From NCBI GenBank assembly GCA_964621085.1, contig CAZUKY010000005.1:4991-68990 (forward strand): DNA of 64,000 nt, written 5' to 3'. Positions 18,691 to 28,875 of this stretch are shown one piece after another. Origin of the DNA: an uncultured Gammaproteobacteria bacterium (GTDB lineage: Bacteria > Patescibacteriota > Patescibacteriia > JACQRZ01). The number at the start of each line of letters is the position of its first letter. Position 1 is the stretch's first letter. The notes beneath the pieces were generated by a model. That model was not told the DNA's origin. It ran no database searches and saw only the letters and a list, made by a program, of their open reading frames with translations. Both the position numbers and the translations under genes were made by a program.

Positions 18691-19128
18691 ATGCTCAAAC
18701 TTCTTTTTCAATCGCCACGAAACAGCGATCTCGGGTCCGAAGAAACGGACGATGACGCGCTCCATTGGCAATCGCTCAAAGACGGCGGGTTGCAGATCGA
18801 TATGTATGAGCGACCGGATGCGATTGTTGTCCGCGCGCACGCCGCCGGCGTTGAGCCTGATAATTTGCATATCTCGATTCATAACGATCTTCTCACGATC
18901 CGCGGCGAGCGGCGCGAAGATGAGATGGTCGCGGACGAAAACTACTACGCACGCGAGTGCGCATGGGGCGCATTTCAACGCACGGTTGTGATTCCAGCTG
19001 CTGTTCAGGCCGAGCAGATCCGCGCATTTTTCAAAAACGGTATCGTAACGATCGAGCTTCCCAAAGTACAGGAAGAAGACGACTCGTCGTCATATAGCGA
19101 TGAAGACGATTCTTCTGACGAGTTCTAG
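18691..19128 (+). CDS. Hsp20/alpha-crystallin small heat-shock protein
   Basis: Alpha-crystallin domain (LQIDMYERPDAIVVRAHAAGVEPDNLHISIHNDLLTIRGER); extended -10 TGGTATACT at about 18611-18619 places the start at the Met at 18691. Confidence 0.85.
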   Translation: MLKLLFQSPRNSDLGSEETDDDALHWQSLKDGGLQIDMYERPDAIVVRAHAAGVEPDNLHISIHNDLLTIRGERREDEMVADENYYARECAWGAFQRTVVIPAAVQAEQIRAFFKNGIVTIELPKVQEEDDSSSYSDEDDSSDEF

Positions 19129-19139
19129 ACCACTTCTGT

Positions 19140-21047
19140 ATGACATTCGGACAATCGATTGGAATGCCTCTGGCCCGCGCAATCTTGGCCGTACTGTTGT
19201 GTATTCTCATCGGAGCGATCGGCATCGCAGCATTTGATGCCGCATACGCGGAACGGGTTTTTCCTGGTGTCAAAATTGGCGGACATGCCCTTGACGGAAT
19301 GACGCGGCATGAGTTGGCGGCATTCCTTGAAAAACGTGCTGCCGATGTCCATGATGCCGGCCTTCGGGTTTCCTTGGACGGAAAGACGGAAAACATTACC
19401 CCGCTTGTGGTTGCTCTGAGCCCCGACGTCCCGATCGCATCCGACATGCTGTTTGGCATCGATACGGTACGCACAGCCGACACCGTGTGGTCCTACGGCC
19501 GCCGGGGGTCCTTCGCGCAGCAGCTCCGCGAGCGAACTGTCGCTCTCGTGAATGGAGCAGTTATTCCATTTTCTTTTTTTATCGAAGGTGACGAACTTGA
19601 AGAAACGATCACATCTGCATTTCGCGACCAACTGACCCCGCCGCGCGACGCTCAATTCGCGCTTGACCAGACATCTGGCGATGTCATTATCGAGCCCGAT
19701 ACCAATGGAATGGCAATCGATACTGCAAAAATGTTTAACGCCTTGTCTCGTTCCCTTGCATCCGGGACCGCGCCCAATATCTCACTTGAAAAAATAGTTT
19801 CTACTCCTCGCATTCGCACAAAAGACATCCAGCCACTTGTGCCGGTCGTAAGCAACGTGATTGGAAACGGCGCGTTTATCGTCGAGGTTGGCGATGAACG
19901 CATTTCCCTCTCGCAATCCGAACTCCTTGCAGCCGTCTCGATCGAATCAGGAGATGCGGGCGTCGGCCTCACGATCAACGAAGAGAGCGTCCGTGAACTT
20001 CTCGCCAAAAAACTGAAAGAGACCGCTATCTTGGAGCGACGGCAGCGCTACACGGTGGAGAGCAACCGTCTTGTTCCGCTGCCTCTCGCCTCTCGCAAGT
20101 ACATGAACACGAAGGAAAGTCTCGCGAATATCAAAGGAGCTCTTTTCTCGGGCAGCCAACGGCGCGTCGAGCTCGCGCTGGCCGATCATCCTGACGAGTA
20201 TTTCGAACCGCCGAAAAACGAAGAGGTGGAAATTGTTGCCGAGGCGGTGACTGATTTTAAGGGCAGTCCGTCGAATCGGAGAAAAAACATCGCGCGGGGC
20301 ATGGAGCTGCTCAACGGCCATCTTGTCCGAGTCGGAGATGAATTTTCTCTCATCTCCGTTCTCGGTAAAATCAACAGTGAAAACGGTTTTCTTCCCGAAC
20401 TGGTGATCAAGGGAAATAGAACCGTACCCGAGTCCGGCGGCGGCCTCTGCCAAGTCTCCACGACCTTGTTCCGGTCCGTTGCGCATGCGGGCCTTCCAGT
20501 CCTTGAACGGCGCAATCACTCTTACCGCGTAGGCTACTACGAACCGCCTGTCGGATTCGACGCGACCATTTACGATCCAAAACCGGACTTCCGCTTTAAA
20601 AACGACTATGCCCATGATGTCCTTATCCAGGCATGGGTCGACGGCACAAAGGCGCATGTTCGTCTCTGGGGGAAAAAAGACGGCCGCATCGTCGAGATTG
20701 ACGAGCCGACCGTATACAACATCAAAAAATCGGGTGGCACAAAGATTATCGAAACAGCCGACTTGGCTCCCGGCGAAAAGAAGTGCACGGAGACGGCACA
20801 CAACGGCGCAGACGCATACTTTGAGCGGCGTATCACGTATGCGTCAGGAGAAACCATGAAAGAAACGTATCGGAGCCACTATGTCGTCTGGCCTGCGGTC
20901 TGCCTCGTTGGCGCAAAACCGAAAGAGGCGGAGAAACCGAAAGAGGCGGAGAAACCTATGGAAGAACCTGTCACAGAAGAGCCTTCTGAATCCGAAGAAC
21001 CTCCATCTGCCGAAGAGCTGTTTAGCTCTCAGACAAATGGACAATAA
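19140..21047 (+). CDS. VanW-family protein (membrane-anchored)
   Basis: N-terminal TM, VanW-like core, C-terminal low-complexity tail with a 21-nt tandem repeat encoding KPKEAEKP twice. Confidence 0.7.
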   Translation: MTFGQSIGMPLARAILAVLLCILIGAIGIAAFDAAYAERVFPGVKIGGHALDGMTRHELAAFLEKRAADVHDAGLRVSLDGKTENITPLVVALSPDVPIASDMLFGIDTVRTADTVWSYGRRGSFAQQLRERTVALVNGAVIPFSFFIEGDELEETITSAFRDQLTPPRDAQFALDQTSGDVIIEPDTNGMAIDTAKMFNALSRSLASGTAPNISLEKIVSTPRIRTKDIQPLVPVVSNVIGNGAFIVEVGDERISLSQSELLAAVSIESGDAGVGLTINEESVRELLAKKLKETAILERRQRYTVESNRLVPLPLASRKYMNTKESLANIKGALFSGSQRRVELALADHPDEYFEPPKNEEVEIVAEAVTDFKGSPSNRRKNIARGMELLNGHLVRVGDEFSLISVLGKINSENGFLPELVIKGNRTVPESGGGLCQVSTTLFRSVAHAGLPVLERRNHSYRVGYYEPPVGFDATIYDPKPDFRFKNDYAHDVLIQAWVDGTKAHVRLWGKKDGRIVEIDEPTVYNIKKSGGTKIIETADLAPGEKKCTETAHNGADAYFERRITYASGETMKETYRSHYVVWPAVCLVGAKPKEAEKPKEAEKPMEEPVTEEPSESEEPPSAEELFSSQTNGQ

Positions 21048-21330
21048 TAAAGCCCGCGTAATGCGGGCTTTATAACCTCTCATTGTCAAGGATCTGCAGA
21101 CAAGAAAATGCACCGTTCGGATCATCGAGCCATGCCGAATGACTTGCCGAAATCAGCCAGCAAGGCCAGATGACCGAGACAGTACATCCCCATGCTTGTC
21201 GTGCCTGCAGATCCCTGATAAATAGAGGCTTTTCAATGCGTTCGGATACTGTAGGGCCACTATACCATGCAAAAAGAGTCCTGTCAAGCCCCGCCGGTAG
21301 GCTATTGTATACATTTTTGAATCAATTTCC

Positions 21331-22332
21331 TCAAAATGCGCTATTTTGAGGCTTTTTTCCGCTCAAAACCGCTAAAATATTCTCGGCAGCGATACGACTC
21401 ATCGCATCGCGCGCATCCGTCGTTGCCGAGCCGATATGCGGTGTGAAAATAACATTTGGAAGTCGGGCACATTCCCGCGCGACCGATGCGGAGCAGGCAA
21501 TGGCAGGTTCGCACTCGAACACGTCGAGGGCGGCGCCTCCGATGCGCTTCTTTTGCAGCGCAGTAAAAAGCGCCTGGGTGTCGACAACCGGACCGCGCGC
21601 GGTATTGATGAGTAATGAACCCTTCCTCATCATTCGCAGCTCGCGCGCGCCGATCAGATGACGCGTTGTAGGCAGGAGCGGGACGTGGAGACTCACGACA
21701 TCCGATCGGGAAAGGAGGGAGGCAAGAGGCAGGTATCGTGCGCCGCATTCTTTTTCAAATCCGCGATCGCGATTCACATCATGATACGCGACCGTCATAC
21801 CAAACCCCCCGATCATGCGCCGTGCGACTTCTTTTCCGATCCGCCCCAAACCGACAAGGCCGAGCATGCGGCCGGACAGCGAGGTTCCAATGAAGATATT
21901 CGGATCCCATATCCGATACGCACCCTTTCGAACGAACGTATCCGCCTCCACGATCCGGCGCGACAGAGAGGCGATAAGCGCAACCGTATGATCGGCGACA
22001 GCAAGCGATACCTCGTGCGCAGGCGTATTCGTGACGGCAATGCCGCGCTTCTTTGCCGCATCCAAATCGATATTGTCGTATCCGACAGCGTAGTTTGCGA
22101 TGACACTCAGCTGTGGTCCTGCAGCATCCATGACCGGGCCGTCGATGCGCGTCGTCAAGAGTGAAAGGATGGCGTGCGCCCCCTTTACGCGGCGACGGAG
22201 TTCGGTGCGGGAGAGTTCCACGTTATTCGTATTTCGCGCGACCGAATGTCCCGCTTTTTTCAAAAGCGCAATCGCAAGCGGCGGAACGGGACGGGTGATA
22301 AAAATTTTCATAGCCATGTGAGAGAGTCGCAC
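21331..22332 (-). CDS. D-isomer-specific 2-hydroxyacid dehydrogenase (glycerate dehydrogenase/hydroxypyruvate reductase-like)
   Basis: NAD-binding GLVGLGRIG; catalytic R, E, H context; start probably the Met at 22317. Confidence 0.85.
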   Translation of the reverse strand: MRLSHMAMKIFITRPVPPLAIALLKKAGHSVARNTNNVELSRTELRRRVKGAHAILSLLTTRIDGPVMDAAGPQLSVIANYAVGYDNIDLDAAKKRGIAVTNTPAHEVSLAVADHTVALIASLSRRIVEADTFVRKGAYRIWDPNIFIGTSLSGRMLGLVGLGRIGKEVARRMIGGFGMTVAYHDVNRDRGFEKECGARYLPLASLLSRSDVVSLHVPLLPTTRHLIGARELRMMRKGSLLINTARGPVVDTQALFTALQKKRIGGAALDVFECEPAIACSASVARECARLPNVIFTPHIGSATTDARDAMSRIAAENILAVLSGKKPQNSAF

Positions 22333-22335
22333 GTA

Positions 22336-23274
22336 TTACTTCGCTTTCCCCGCACTCCCGAAAAGACGCATCTTCTGCCGGACGACCGTCCGGACCTCCT
22401 GGCGTGCAAGCGTAAGAAATACGCGCGGGTCATACTCCTGGGGCAGCGCCAATATGCCGCTGCGAAAGCCCTCCAAAAATGCAATGCGCAAATCCGAGTC
22501 GATATTAATTTTTGAAATGCCTGCGCGAATCGCTTTCCGAATTGCTGCATCGGAGACGCCGTGTGCGCTCGCCACGCGCGAGCAGTCCCCAAGATCGCTG
22601 CAATGGGTATGCAGGGCGTCCAGGATCTTTTCCGGAATGCCACTCGCGCCGTGCAGCACCAGCGGCACGCGGACGAGCTGGCGGATCTTTTTCAAACGCG
22701 GATAGTCCAGCTTCGTCTCTCCGGGAAATTTGAACGGACCGTGCGCCGTGCCGATGGAGATCGCCAGAATGTCTGCGCCCGTCCGTTCCACGAAATCTTT
22801 CGCCTGAACCGGATCGGTGAAAAAAGCCTCTCGCGCCGAGACGTTGACCGCATCTTCTTTGCCCTGGATCGCTCCCAATTCCGCCTCGAGCGAGACGCCG
22901 TGCGCAGCGCTGAGCGAGGCGAGCTTTTTGGTCACCTCGAGATTTTTTTTGTACGGCAGCTGCGAACCGTCGAACATCACCGACGTATAGCCGATCTTGA
23001 TGCACTCGCGTACGGTGGCCGGATCCTTTCCATGATCGAGATGAAGTGCGACGGGGATAGGAGCCTTGGCAGCGATGACACCAAGCGAGTACAGATTCTC
23101 GAGGCCCGCATACTGGATGGCGCTTTCGGTCGTCGCAATAATTACGGGCGAGCGCGCCTCGACGGCGGCAGTAATGATCGCCTGGAGCATCTCGAGGTTG
23201 CTGAAATTGAACGCTCCTACCGCATATCCTTCTTTTCGCGCCTTCTCAAGGATCTTTTTCGATGTGACAAGCAT
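22336..23274 (-). CDS. fba: Class II fructose-bisphosphate aldolase
   Basis: FBP aldolase class II motifs (LHLDHG, FNF.N.E). Confidence 0.9.
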   Translation of the reverse strand: MLVTSKKILEKARKEGYAVGAFNFSNLEMLQAIITAAVEARSPVIIATTESAIQYAGLENLYSLGVIAAKAPIPVALHLDHGKDPATVRECIKIGYTSVMFDGSQLPYKKNLEVTKKLASLSAAHGVSLEAELGAIQGKEDAVNVSAREAFFTDPVQAKDFVERTGADILAISIGTAHGPFKFPGETKLDYPRLKKIRQLVRVPLVLHGASGIPEKILDALHTHCSDLGDCSRVASAHGVSDAAIRKAIRAGISKINIDSDLRIAFLEGFRSGILALPQEYDPRVFLTLARQEVRTVVRQKMRLFGSAGKAK

Positions 23275-23286
23275 ACGAAAAATCGC

Positions 23287-24267
23287 TTAGGCTCTTTTTC
23301 GTCTCTTCAACCGCTTCGCCAACTGCACGCGCGTCAGCAATCCGTCCTGCGGGCCGATCGCCTCGATCACCGATGCCGCATTCGCCGCGCCCCACAAGAG
23401 CGCTTCATTCAGCGGTTTGTCGTACACGAGCGCCGCCACGAGCGCTGTTGAGAAACTGTCTCCCGCGCCCGTTTTTTCGATCGGATGCGCAGGTAAGGGC
23501 CGCGTGCGATAGAGTCGGCGGCCATCATAGGCATATGCGCCCTTGTCCCCGTCGGTAATAACAACGATCTGAGGACCTAGTGATCGCAGCTCGCGCATCG
23601 CTTCTTTCAAGTCTCCCTTGATTTCTTTGTCAAGCAACATTTCAGCCTCCTCCTTGTTCACGATCAGAAGCGAGCATACCTCCAAAATAGGCATGAGCGC
23701 TTTCACGCCCGCGCGCAACTGCACATCGCCGGGATTAAACGCAAGCTTAAAGCCATTCGCCTTGATCTGCGAAAGTAGCTGGACATGCAGCTTCTGAAAG
23801 CCGTTTCCCAGCGAGGTCAGGTAGATCCAGGTGGACTTCTTCAGCTTTGGCAAGCGATAGGTGTGGGGCTGCCGATGAACGAGAATCGTCCGCTCTGCCT
23901 TATAGTTCAAAACAATGGAGTGGTTGCTTGCTTTTTTTCGCGTGACGGCAACATACTCGTCGCACACGCCCTCTTTTGCCAGTTTTGCGAGCACCTTTTT
24001 CCCGACCTCGTCATCCCCAATATTTGCATACAGGGCAACGCGCAGTCCGAGCCGTGCCGTGCCGACGGCAAAGTTGCAACCGTTATGCGCCAGGGTTTCT
24101 TGCAGGCTCTCGATCGTGATCTTGTCGCCATACCGCAGGCACATCAGGCAGTTGTCGCGATCGATATTGCACAAGAGGGACGCTTCGTCGATTTTTACAA
24201 ACGTATCCAATCCCGCCTCCCCGATACTGATTACGTCGTAGGTCGCGAATTTTTTTTGCGCACGCAT
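23287..24267 (-). CDS. PfkB-family carbohydrate kinase
   Basis: Ribokinase-like fold with C-terminal TGAGDSF motif; adjacent to fba. Confidence 0.85.
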   Translation of the reverse strand: MRAQKKFATYDVISIGEAGLDTFVKIDEASLLCNIDRDNCLMCLRYGDKITIESLQETLAHNGCNFAVGTARLGLRVALYANIGDDEVGKKVLAKLAKEGVCDEYVAVTRKKASNHSIVLNYKAERTILVHRQPHTYRLPKLKKSTWIYLTSLGNGFQKLHVQLLSQIKANGFKLAFNPGDVQLRAGVKALMPILEVCSLLIVNKEEAEMLLDKEIKGDLKEAMRELRSLGPQIVVITDGDKGAYAYDGRRLYRTRPLPAHPIEKTGAGDSFSTALVAALVYDKPLNEALLWGAANAASVIEAIGPQDGLLTRVQLAKRLKRRKRA

Positions 24268-24287
24268 GGGGTTGTTCCGTTACTCAA

Positions 24288-24659
24288 TCACTCAGTCGCA
24301 GCGATCCGACTTTTAGCAGCGGCCGCGGACTCCTTGTGTTCTCTCTCCAGTATAGCAAGTTCGCGCGTCAGTGTCGTGATTTCGGTGTCCAGATGTTCGA
24401 AGCGGACGAAAAGCCGAAACAAGAGATAGAAGATCAGTATGAGAGAGAGGTAAAAAACCGCATCCGCGCCGCGGCCGACGCGCAACAATCCGGCAATGGA
24501 GTCGGTCAGCGATGGCTGCCAGACGAGCGCGATCATGCCGAGCCAGAGCAGCGTCCAGACAAAGGTCATGGAAAGGCTGATATTTTTGCGCCGGTAATTC
24601 TGCATTGCCTTCACGACGATATATGCGCTGAGTGCAGTGACAAGAATTTGTATTCCCAT
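24288..24659 (-). CDS. DUF2304-family small membrane protein
   Basis: Three-TM 123-aa protein immediately downstream of a GT2; this is the usual GT2/DUF2304 pairing. Confidence 0.55.
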   Translation of the reverse strand: MGIQILVTALSAYIVVKAMQNYRRKNISLSMTFVWTLLWLGMIALVWQPSLTDSIAGLLRVGRGADAVFYLSLILIFYLLFRLFVRFEHLDTEITTLTRELAILEREHKESAAAAKSRIAATE

Positions 24660-24671
24660 AGATAAAAACTT

Positions 24672-25418
24672 TTAGAAGAAAAATTGCTTCCAAAACAAGC
24701 GGCGCATGACACTGAATGAACGCATAAGCGAGGAGTCGACGCGCTTGAGCGAGGAGGCGTCCTTGCCAAGCGCATAGTCGGTGTAGCGAATCGTCACCGG
24801 CACCTCGGCAACCCGTAGTTTGTGCCGCCCGATCTCATGAATGATTTCCGAGGCATGGCCCTTGCGCCGCTCGCGAATCCGGATCGTCTGCGCCGCAGCG
24901 CGAGAAAGCGCGCGAAACCCGTTATGCGCATCCGAAAGTTTGACACCGGAAAAGAGCCAGGTGAAGAGAATCGCCATGCGTAAGAAAACGCGCCGCTCGA
25001 AGCGAATATTTTCCGCAGATCCCAAGAAGCGCGAGCCCAACACAACATCCGCTCTTCGCCTCACGATCGGCTCGATGAGCGCAGGGATATCCTCAAGGCG
25101 ATGCTGTCCGTCGGCATCGAAATGAATGATGATCTCAGCACCCCGCCTCAGCGCATATCGCATGCCGGTCTCCAGCGCCGCGCCCTGGTCGCGATTGATC
25201 GCGTGACGCACCACATGCGCGCCGGCAGCATGCGCAGCCTCTCTGGTCGCATCCTTCGAACAGTCGTCAACAACCACAATAGAAGGGAAAAGTGCGCGGA
25301 CAGATGTGACAACCTCCCCTATCGCCTTCGCCTCATTATATGCAGGAATGACAATCCAGATCTTGTCCCGCTCCATAGAGTCACAAACACACATGAAATC
25401 GCTTCTGCAGTCTAGCAT
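24672..25418 (-). CDS. Family 2 glycosyltransferase (polyprenyl-phosphate sugar synthase-like)
   Basis: IVIPAYNEA, VVDDCSKD and DADGQH motifs; start probably the Met at about 25376. Confidence 0.85.
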   Translation of the reverse strand: MLDCRSDFMCVCDSMERDKIWIVIPAYNEAKAIGEVVTSVRALFPSIVVVDDCSKDATREAAHAAGAHVVRHAINRDQGAALETGMRYALRRGAEIIIHFDADGQHRLEDIPALIEPIVRRRADVVLGSRFLGSAENIRFERRVFLRMAILFTWLFSGVKLSDAHNGFRALSRAAAQTIRIRERRKGHASEIIHEIGRHKLRVAEVPVTIRYTDYALGKDASSLKRVDSSLMRSFSVMRRLFWKQFFF

Positions 25419-25542
25419 GGCGACTCAGGACGGCAAGATCGCACCGGAATACTTTGACTCAAAACCCATGGACTGATACGATAGGCTCGCACGGAGCATA
25501 CAGTCTAGTCCTGTTTCAGCGCCGGAAGGGAGGAAACACAGA

Positions 25543-25758
25543 ATGTCGCAAAAAAAGGGAAGGGGGTGCTGGTGCGAGTGCCATGTCAGCGGGGCAGCGC
25601 GATGCGGCAAGTCTGGCACCGCGAAAACCTGCTGCAAGAAAGCGGGCAGGATCTGGGATGTCCGAAAAAAACGGCACCTCAGTATCGCTGAAGAAGCGAT
25701 GATCGCGGTTCAGAAAAGACGCGAAGAAAAAGGAAAGACGGATGAACAGATTTGGTAG
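25543..25758 (+). CDS. Cys-rich basic small protein (71 aa), hypothetical
   Basis: SD GGGAGGAAA upstream of ATG; promoter TTGACT-17-TACGAT at about 25455-25483; six Cys including CWCECH and CC. Confidence 0.4.
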   Translation: MSQKKGRGCWCECHVSGAARCGKSGTAKTCCKKAGRIWDVRKKRHLSIAEEAMIAVQKRREEKGKTDEQIW

Positions 25759-25853
25759 GCGCCAGCGCAGGCATCCGGCTGCGGATCACGCGGCCGGATT
25801 TTTTTACTTCTTCTTCGGTAATGAAAGAAGATGCTTGAAAGCTCGTCAGTATA

Positions 25854-26252
25854 GTGTATATGCTGATTGATGCCATTCTCTCTGCCCTGGCAATCGCCGG
25901 TACTTCCGCGCTCTGGCGCAATCTTCAAGAAGACATACCGGCCATCACGCAGACGCTTGAAAAATACGTTCCCTGGCCCCTTCGCCAGTCGCTCACCTGC
26001 GGCTTCTGCTTCACGTATTGGCTCAGTCTTTTCTTTCTCGTCTTTAGTAACCCGTTTCATGCTTGGACCGTGCCGCTCAGGATTTCTTTTGGCCCGCTAT
26101 CCTCGCTCATTACCCTAGGAATTGAGTGGATGGCGCTTGCCATAAGCGCGGCGTTTGTTCGCTTTGCATACGTCAATCTGCAGGAACTGACGCATTATCT
26201 GGTAAAGCAAAATGAGCTACTCGAACCTCTTAAAATAAAACGTCGCCAGTGA
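25854..26252 (+). CDS. Hypothetical integral membrane protein
   Basis: 132-aa ORF with three or four hydrophobic helices. Confidence 0.45.
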   Translation: MYMLIDAILSALAIAGTSALWRNLQEDIPAITQTLEKYVPWPLRQSLTCGFCFTYWLSLFFLVFSNPFHAWTVPLRISFGPLSSLITLGIEWMALAISAAFVRFAYVNLQELTHYLVKQNELLEPLKIKRRQ

Positions 26253-26264
26253 GCCCTTTCATTT

Positions 26265-27038
26265 TTAGAGATAATCAAGGAGCTTGTCGTAATTAATATC
26301 GCCAAAAAGCTGATAGAAAAATCCCACCCAGACGCCCATGAGGTTGAAGACCATGAGGAGGCCCAGAATGATCAGGAATATGCCGCCGATTACCGAAACC
26401 CCCTCGAGAGAGCGCGAGAGTTTGTTGAGTATGTGCGAGGCAGATCCGATACCTAATGCAATGAGAATAAATGGCAGCGAGTGCCCGAGCGAGAATACCG
26501 CAAGGAGACCTGCGCCCGTTGCGACGGTCGCAGAAGACGCGGCAAGTGTGAGGATCGAGCCCAAGATCGGGCCGATGCACGGACTCCATCCAAATGCGAA
26601 TGCCGACCCGAACAAAAGCGAGTTGATCGGCTTTCCCGGCTTGAGTATGCGAGCCAACGGGAAACGGCGCTCGCTATTCAGAAATGACAGGCCCGGCAAG
26701 CGAATGACTTTGAGTATGTACAGCCCAAACACAATGACAAGAACGCCACCCACCTGCTGAAGGATGTGGCGGTATTTGACAAACGCCCCTCCCCCAAGCC
26801 CGAACAGTGTTCCGAAAAAAATAAAAACAATGGAGAATCCAAGCGCATACAAGACACCGTTCAAGAGGATTTTGCGCCGCGCCTCCCGCGCTTTTGCCGG
26901 ATCCTGCAAATCGTTCAAACTTACACCGCTGATGAATCCCAGATACGCAGGAATCATCGGCAAGGTGCATGGCGCAAGAAATGTGAGAACTCCCGCAATG
27001 AATGCGGATACGATAAATCCGATTTCCATAGGTTTCAA
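26265..27038 (-). CDS. ccdA: Cytochrome c-type biogenesis / thiol-disulfide transporter CcdA (DsbD family)
   Basis: Six-TM protein with conserved Cys in APCTLPMIPAY and a second Cys-containing helix. Confidence 0.8.
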   Translation of the reverse strand: MKPMEIGFIVSAFIAGVLTFLAPCTLPMIPAYLGFISGVSLNDLQDPAKAREARRKILLNGVLYALGFSIVFIFFGTLFGLGGGAFVKYRHILQQVGGVLVIVFGLYILKVIRLPGLSFLNSERRFPLARILKPGKPINSLLFGSAFAFGWSPCIGPILGSILTLAASSATVATGAGLLAVFSLGHSLPFILIALGIGSASHILNKLSRSLEGVSVIGGIFLIILGLLMVFNLMGVWVGFFYQLFGDINYDKLLDYL

Positions 27039-27053
27039 TGGTACATTATCACA

Positions 27054-27332
27054 TTACCGATCCGGTCGGCCATATAAGCTGCGAAGTTCTTTTTTTGCTT
27101 GCTCAAGAACCCCTTTCCGGTCGGATGGAAGATTTTTTCCCGCCCGATTGATATAAAAATTCAGCATTGACGTCGCGGATTGATACGGCGATGCCTTGCG
27201 ACGAGTGCTTCGCTCGGCAGACCCCTTCAGCGACTCTGCAATCGCCTTCGGATCATCCCACGTGAAAACGCCCGCTTCCAGATCAAGCGCCCTGCTCTCC
27301 TTCATCACTTTTTGCGACCACTTCTTCGGCAT
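27054..27332 (-). CDS. DUF3175-like small protein
   Basis: MPKKWSQKV N-terminus and size match DUF3175 proteins. Confidence 0.5.
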   Translation of the reverse strand: MPKKWSQKVMKESRALDLEAGVFTWDDPKAIAESLKGSAERSTRRKASPYQSATSMLNFYINRAGKNLPSDRKGVLEQAKKELRSLYGRPDR

Positions 27333-27343
27333 GATGAAAAATG

Positions 27344-27973
27344 CTATGGGTTGAATTCCTTGAGCGTTTCGATCACATCCTCATCGCTCACTTGCGGAAA
27401 GTCGTCGTAAAATGCGCCGACTGCGACGAAGTACTCCGGCTGATGCAGCGCAATGACGTGGTCGGCAAGGGTTCTTAATTCGGCGACTGTCTGGGGCGGA
27501 GCAACCGGCACTGCAACAATGACGCGAGACGGCTTTCTCTTTCGGAGACTCATGATAGCGGCTTTCATGGTCAGTCCAGTCGCAAGTCCGTCATCGACGA
27601 CGATTGCCGTTTTGCCGGCAATATCCCGGTACGGTGCTTTACCTAAATACAACCGCCTCCGTTCCTGCGCTTCCGCCTGCTTGCGAAACGACTCGTGCCT
27701 GAACCACTCGGGTGATATGGCGGCCACCTCAGAAACATTCTGCGCGAGCTCGCCATTTTCAGAAACTGCTGCGATCGCATACTCGGCATTTTCCGGGTGT
27801 CCGATTTTTTTTGTCATGACAAGGTCAAGCGGAACTCCGAACGCATGAGCGATACATGCACCAATCTGAACGCCCCCGCGCGGAATAGCAAACACGACGG
27901 CATCTTTTCCTTCAAATCCATGGAGCGCCGCAGCTAACTGCCGACCGGCGTCATCCCTGTTTCTGAATCTCAT
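27344..27973 (-). CDS. Phosphoribosyltransferase-family protein
   Basis: PRPP-binding motif AIVVDDGLATGLT. Confidence 0.8.
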   Translation of the reverse strand: MRFRNRDDAGRQLAAALHGFEGKDAVVFAIPRGGVQIGACIAHAFGVPLDLVMTKKIGHPENAEYAIAAVSENGELAQNVSEVAAISPEWFRHESFRKQAEAQERRRLYLGKAPYRDIAGKTAIVVDDGLATGLTMKAAIMSLRKRKPSRVIVAVPVAPPQTVAELRTLADHVIALHQPEYFVAVGAFYDDFPQVSDEDVIETLKEFNP

Positions 27974-28103
27974 AGTACGTATTTCATATCACGGTCCTAT
28001 GAGATATACGACTCGATTCGCATTACGTATAAACGAAAGGAGTTCGCGCAAAAAACCGTCCTATACAGTGGAGTAAACCCATATATGAAGCCCACTAAGC
28101 CCT

Positions 28104-28757
28104 ATGTCAAACAACGAAACGAAAAATGAGGAGGTGGATATTGCTCTTGAGAGAAATGTCGTTTTACATGGAATTCTTCATTTCTCTTCTCAAAGCGTAG
28201 GGCTCGTCATCTTTTCTCACGGAAGCGGAAGCGGTCGACTCAGTCCGCGCAACACCTTTGTCGCACGCATCTTGCAAGATGCGAATATCGGCACGCTGCT
28301 TTTTGATCTTCTCACCGAAGAAGAGGATCTGAGCTATGAAAATCGATTCGACATCTCACTGCTCACCGAGCGATTGATCGACGTCACGCTGTGGATTGCA
28401 GAGCGCATGGAGCCCTCGCGACCGATTGGGTATTTTGGCGCAAGCACAGGATCGGCGTCAGCGCTTCGCGCATGCGTGATCGGTAAGCAAAATATTGCCG
28501 CAGTGGTTTCGCGGGGAGGACGACCGGATCTTGTTGAGGAAGATATCTTAAGAAGAGTCTCTGCGTCGACACTCCTCTTGGTCGGCGAGCGAGACACGGA
28601 GGTCATAAAGATGAATCAATATGCTTTTTCACTCCTTCCTGAACCGAAAGAGCTGACCATCATTCCAGGAGCGAGTCATCTATTCGAAGAACCGGGGACG
28701 CTTGAACAGGCAAGCGTCCATGCGCGTGATTGGTTTTTGCGACATTTTGTAGAATGA
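28104..28757 (+). CDS. Dienelactone hydrolase-like alpha/beta hydrolase
   Basis: Nucleophile elbow GASTGS and His-containing C-terminus; alpha/beta hydrolase spacing. Confidence 0.75.
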   Translation: MSNNETKNEEVDIALERNVVLHGILHFSSQSVGLVIFSHGSGSGRLSPRNTFVARILQDANIGTLLFDLLTEEEDLSYENRFDISLLTERLIDVTLWIAERMEPSRPIGYFGASTGSASALRACVIGKQNIAAVVSRGGRPDLVEEDILRRVSASTLLLVGERDTEVIKMNQYAFSLLPEPKELTIIPGASHLFEEPGTLEQASVHARDWFLRHFVE

Positions 28758-28875
28758 TCCAATTGTTCAAAATATTTTGTCCGATACGGTGGATCCTCGA
28801 CGAAAATTTTATATGCCCCCGCGCAAACGAAAACTCGGCTCCTTTAGAGAACCGAGTTTCCGCTTACTATCTTTC

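Noticed and set aside
19947-20801. 284-aa minus-strand ORF
   Set aside because: Antisense to the VanW-like gene, which has the recognisable domain content.
22561-23451. 296-aa + strand ORF
   Set aside because: Antisense to fba and the PfkB kinase; Arg-rich shadow frame.
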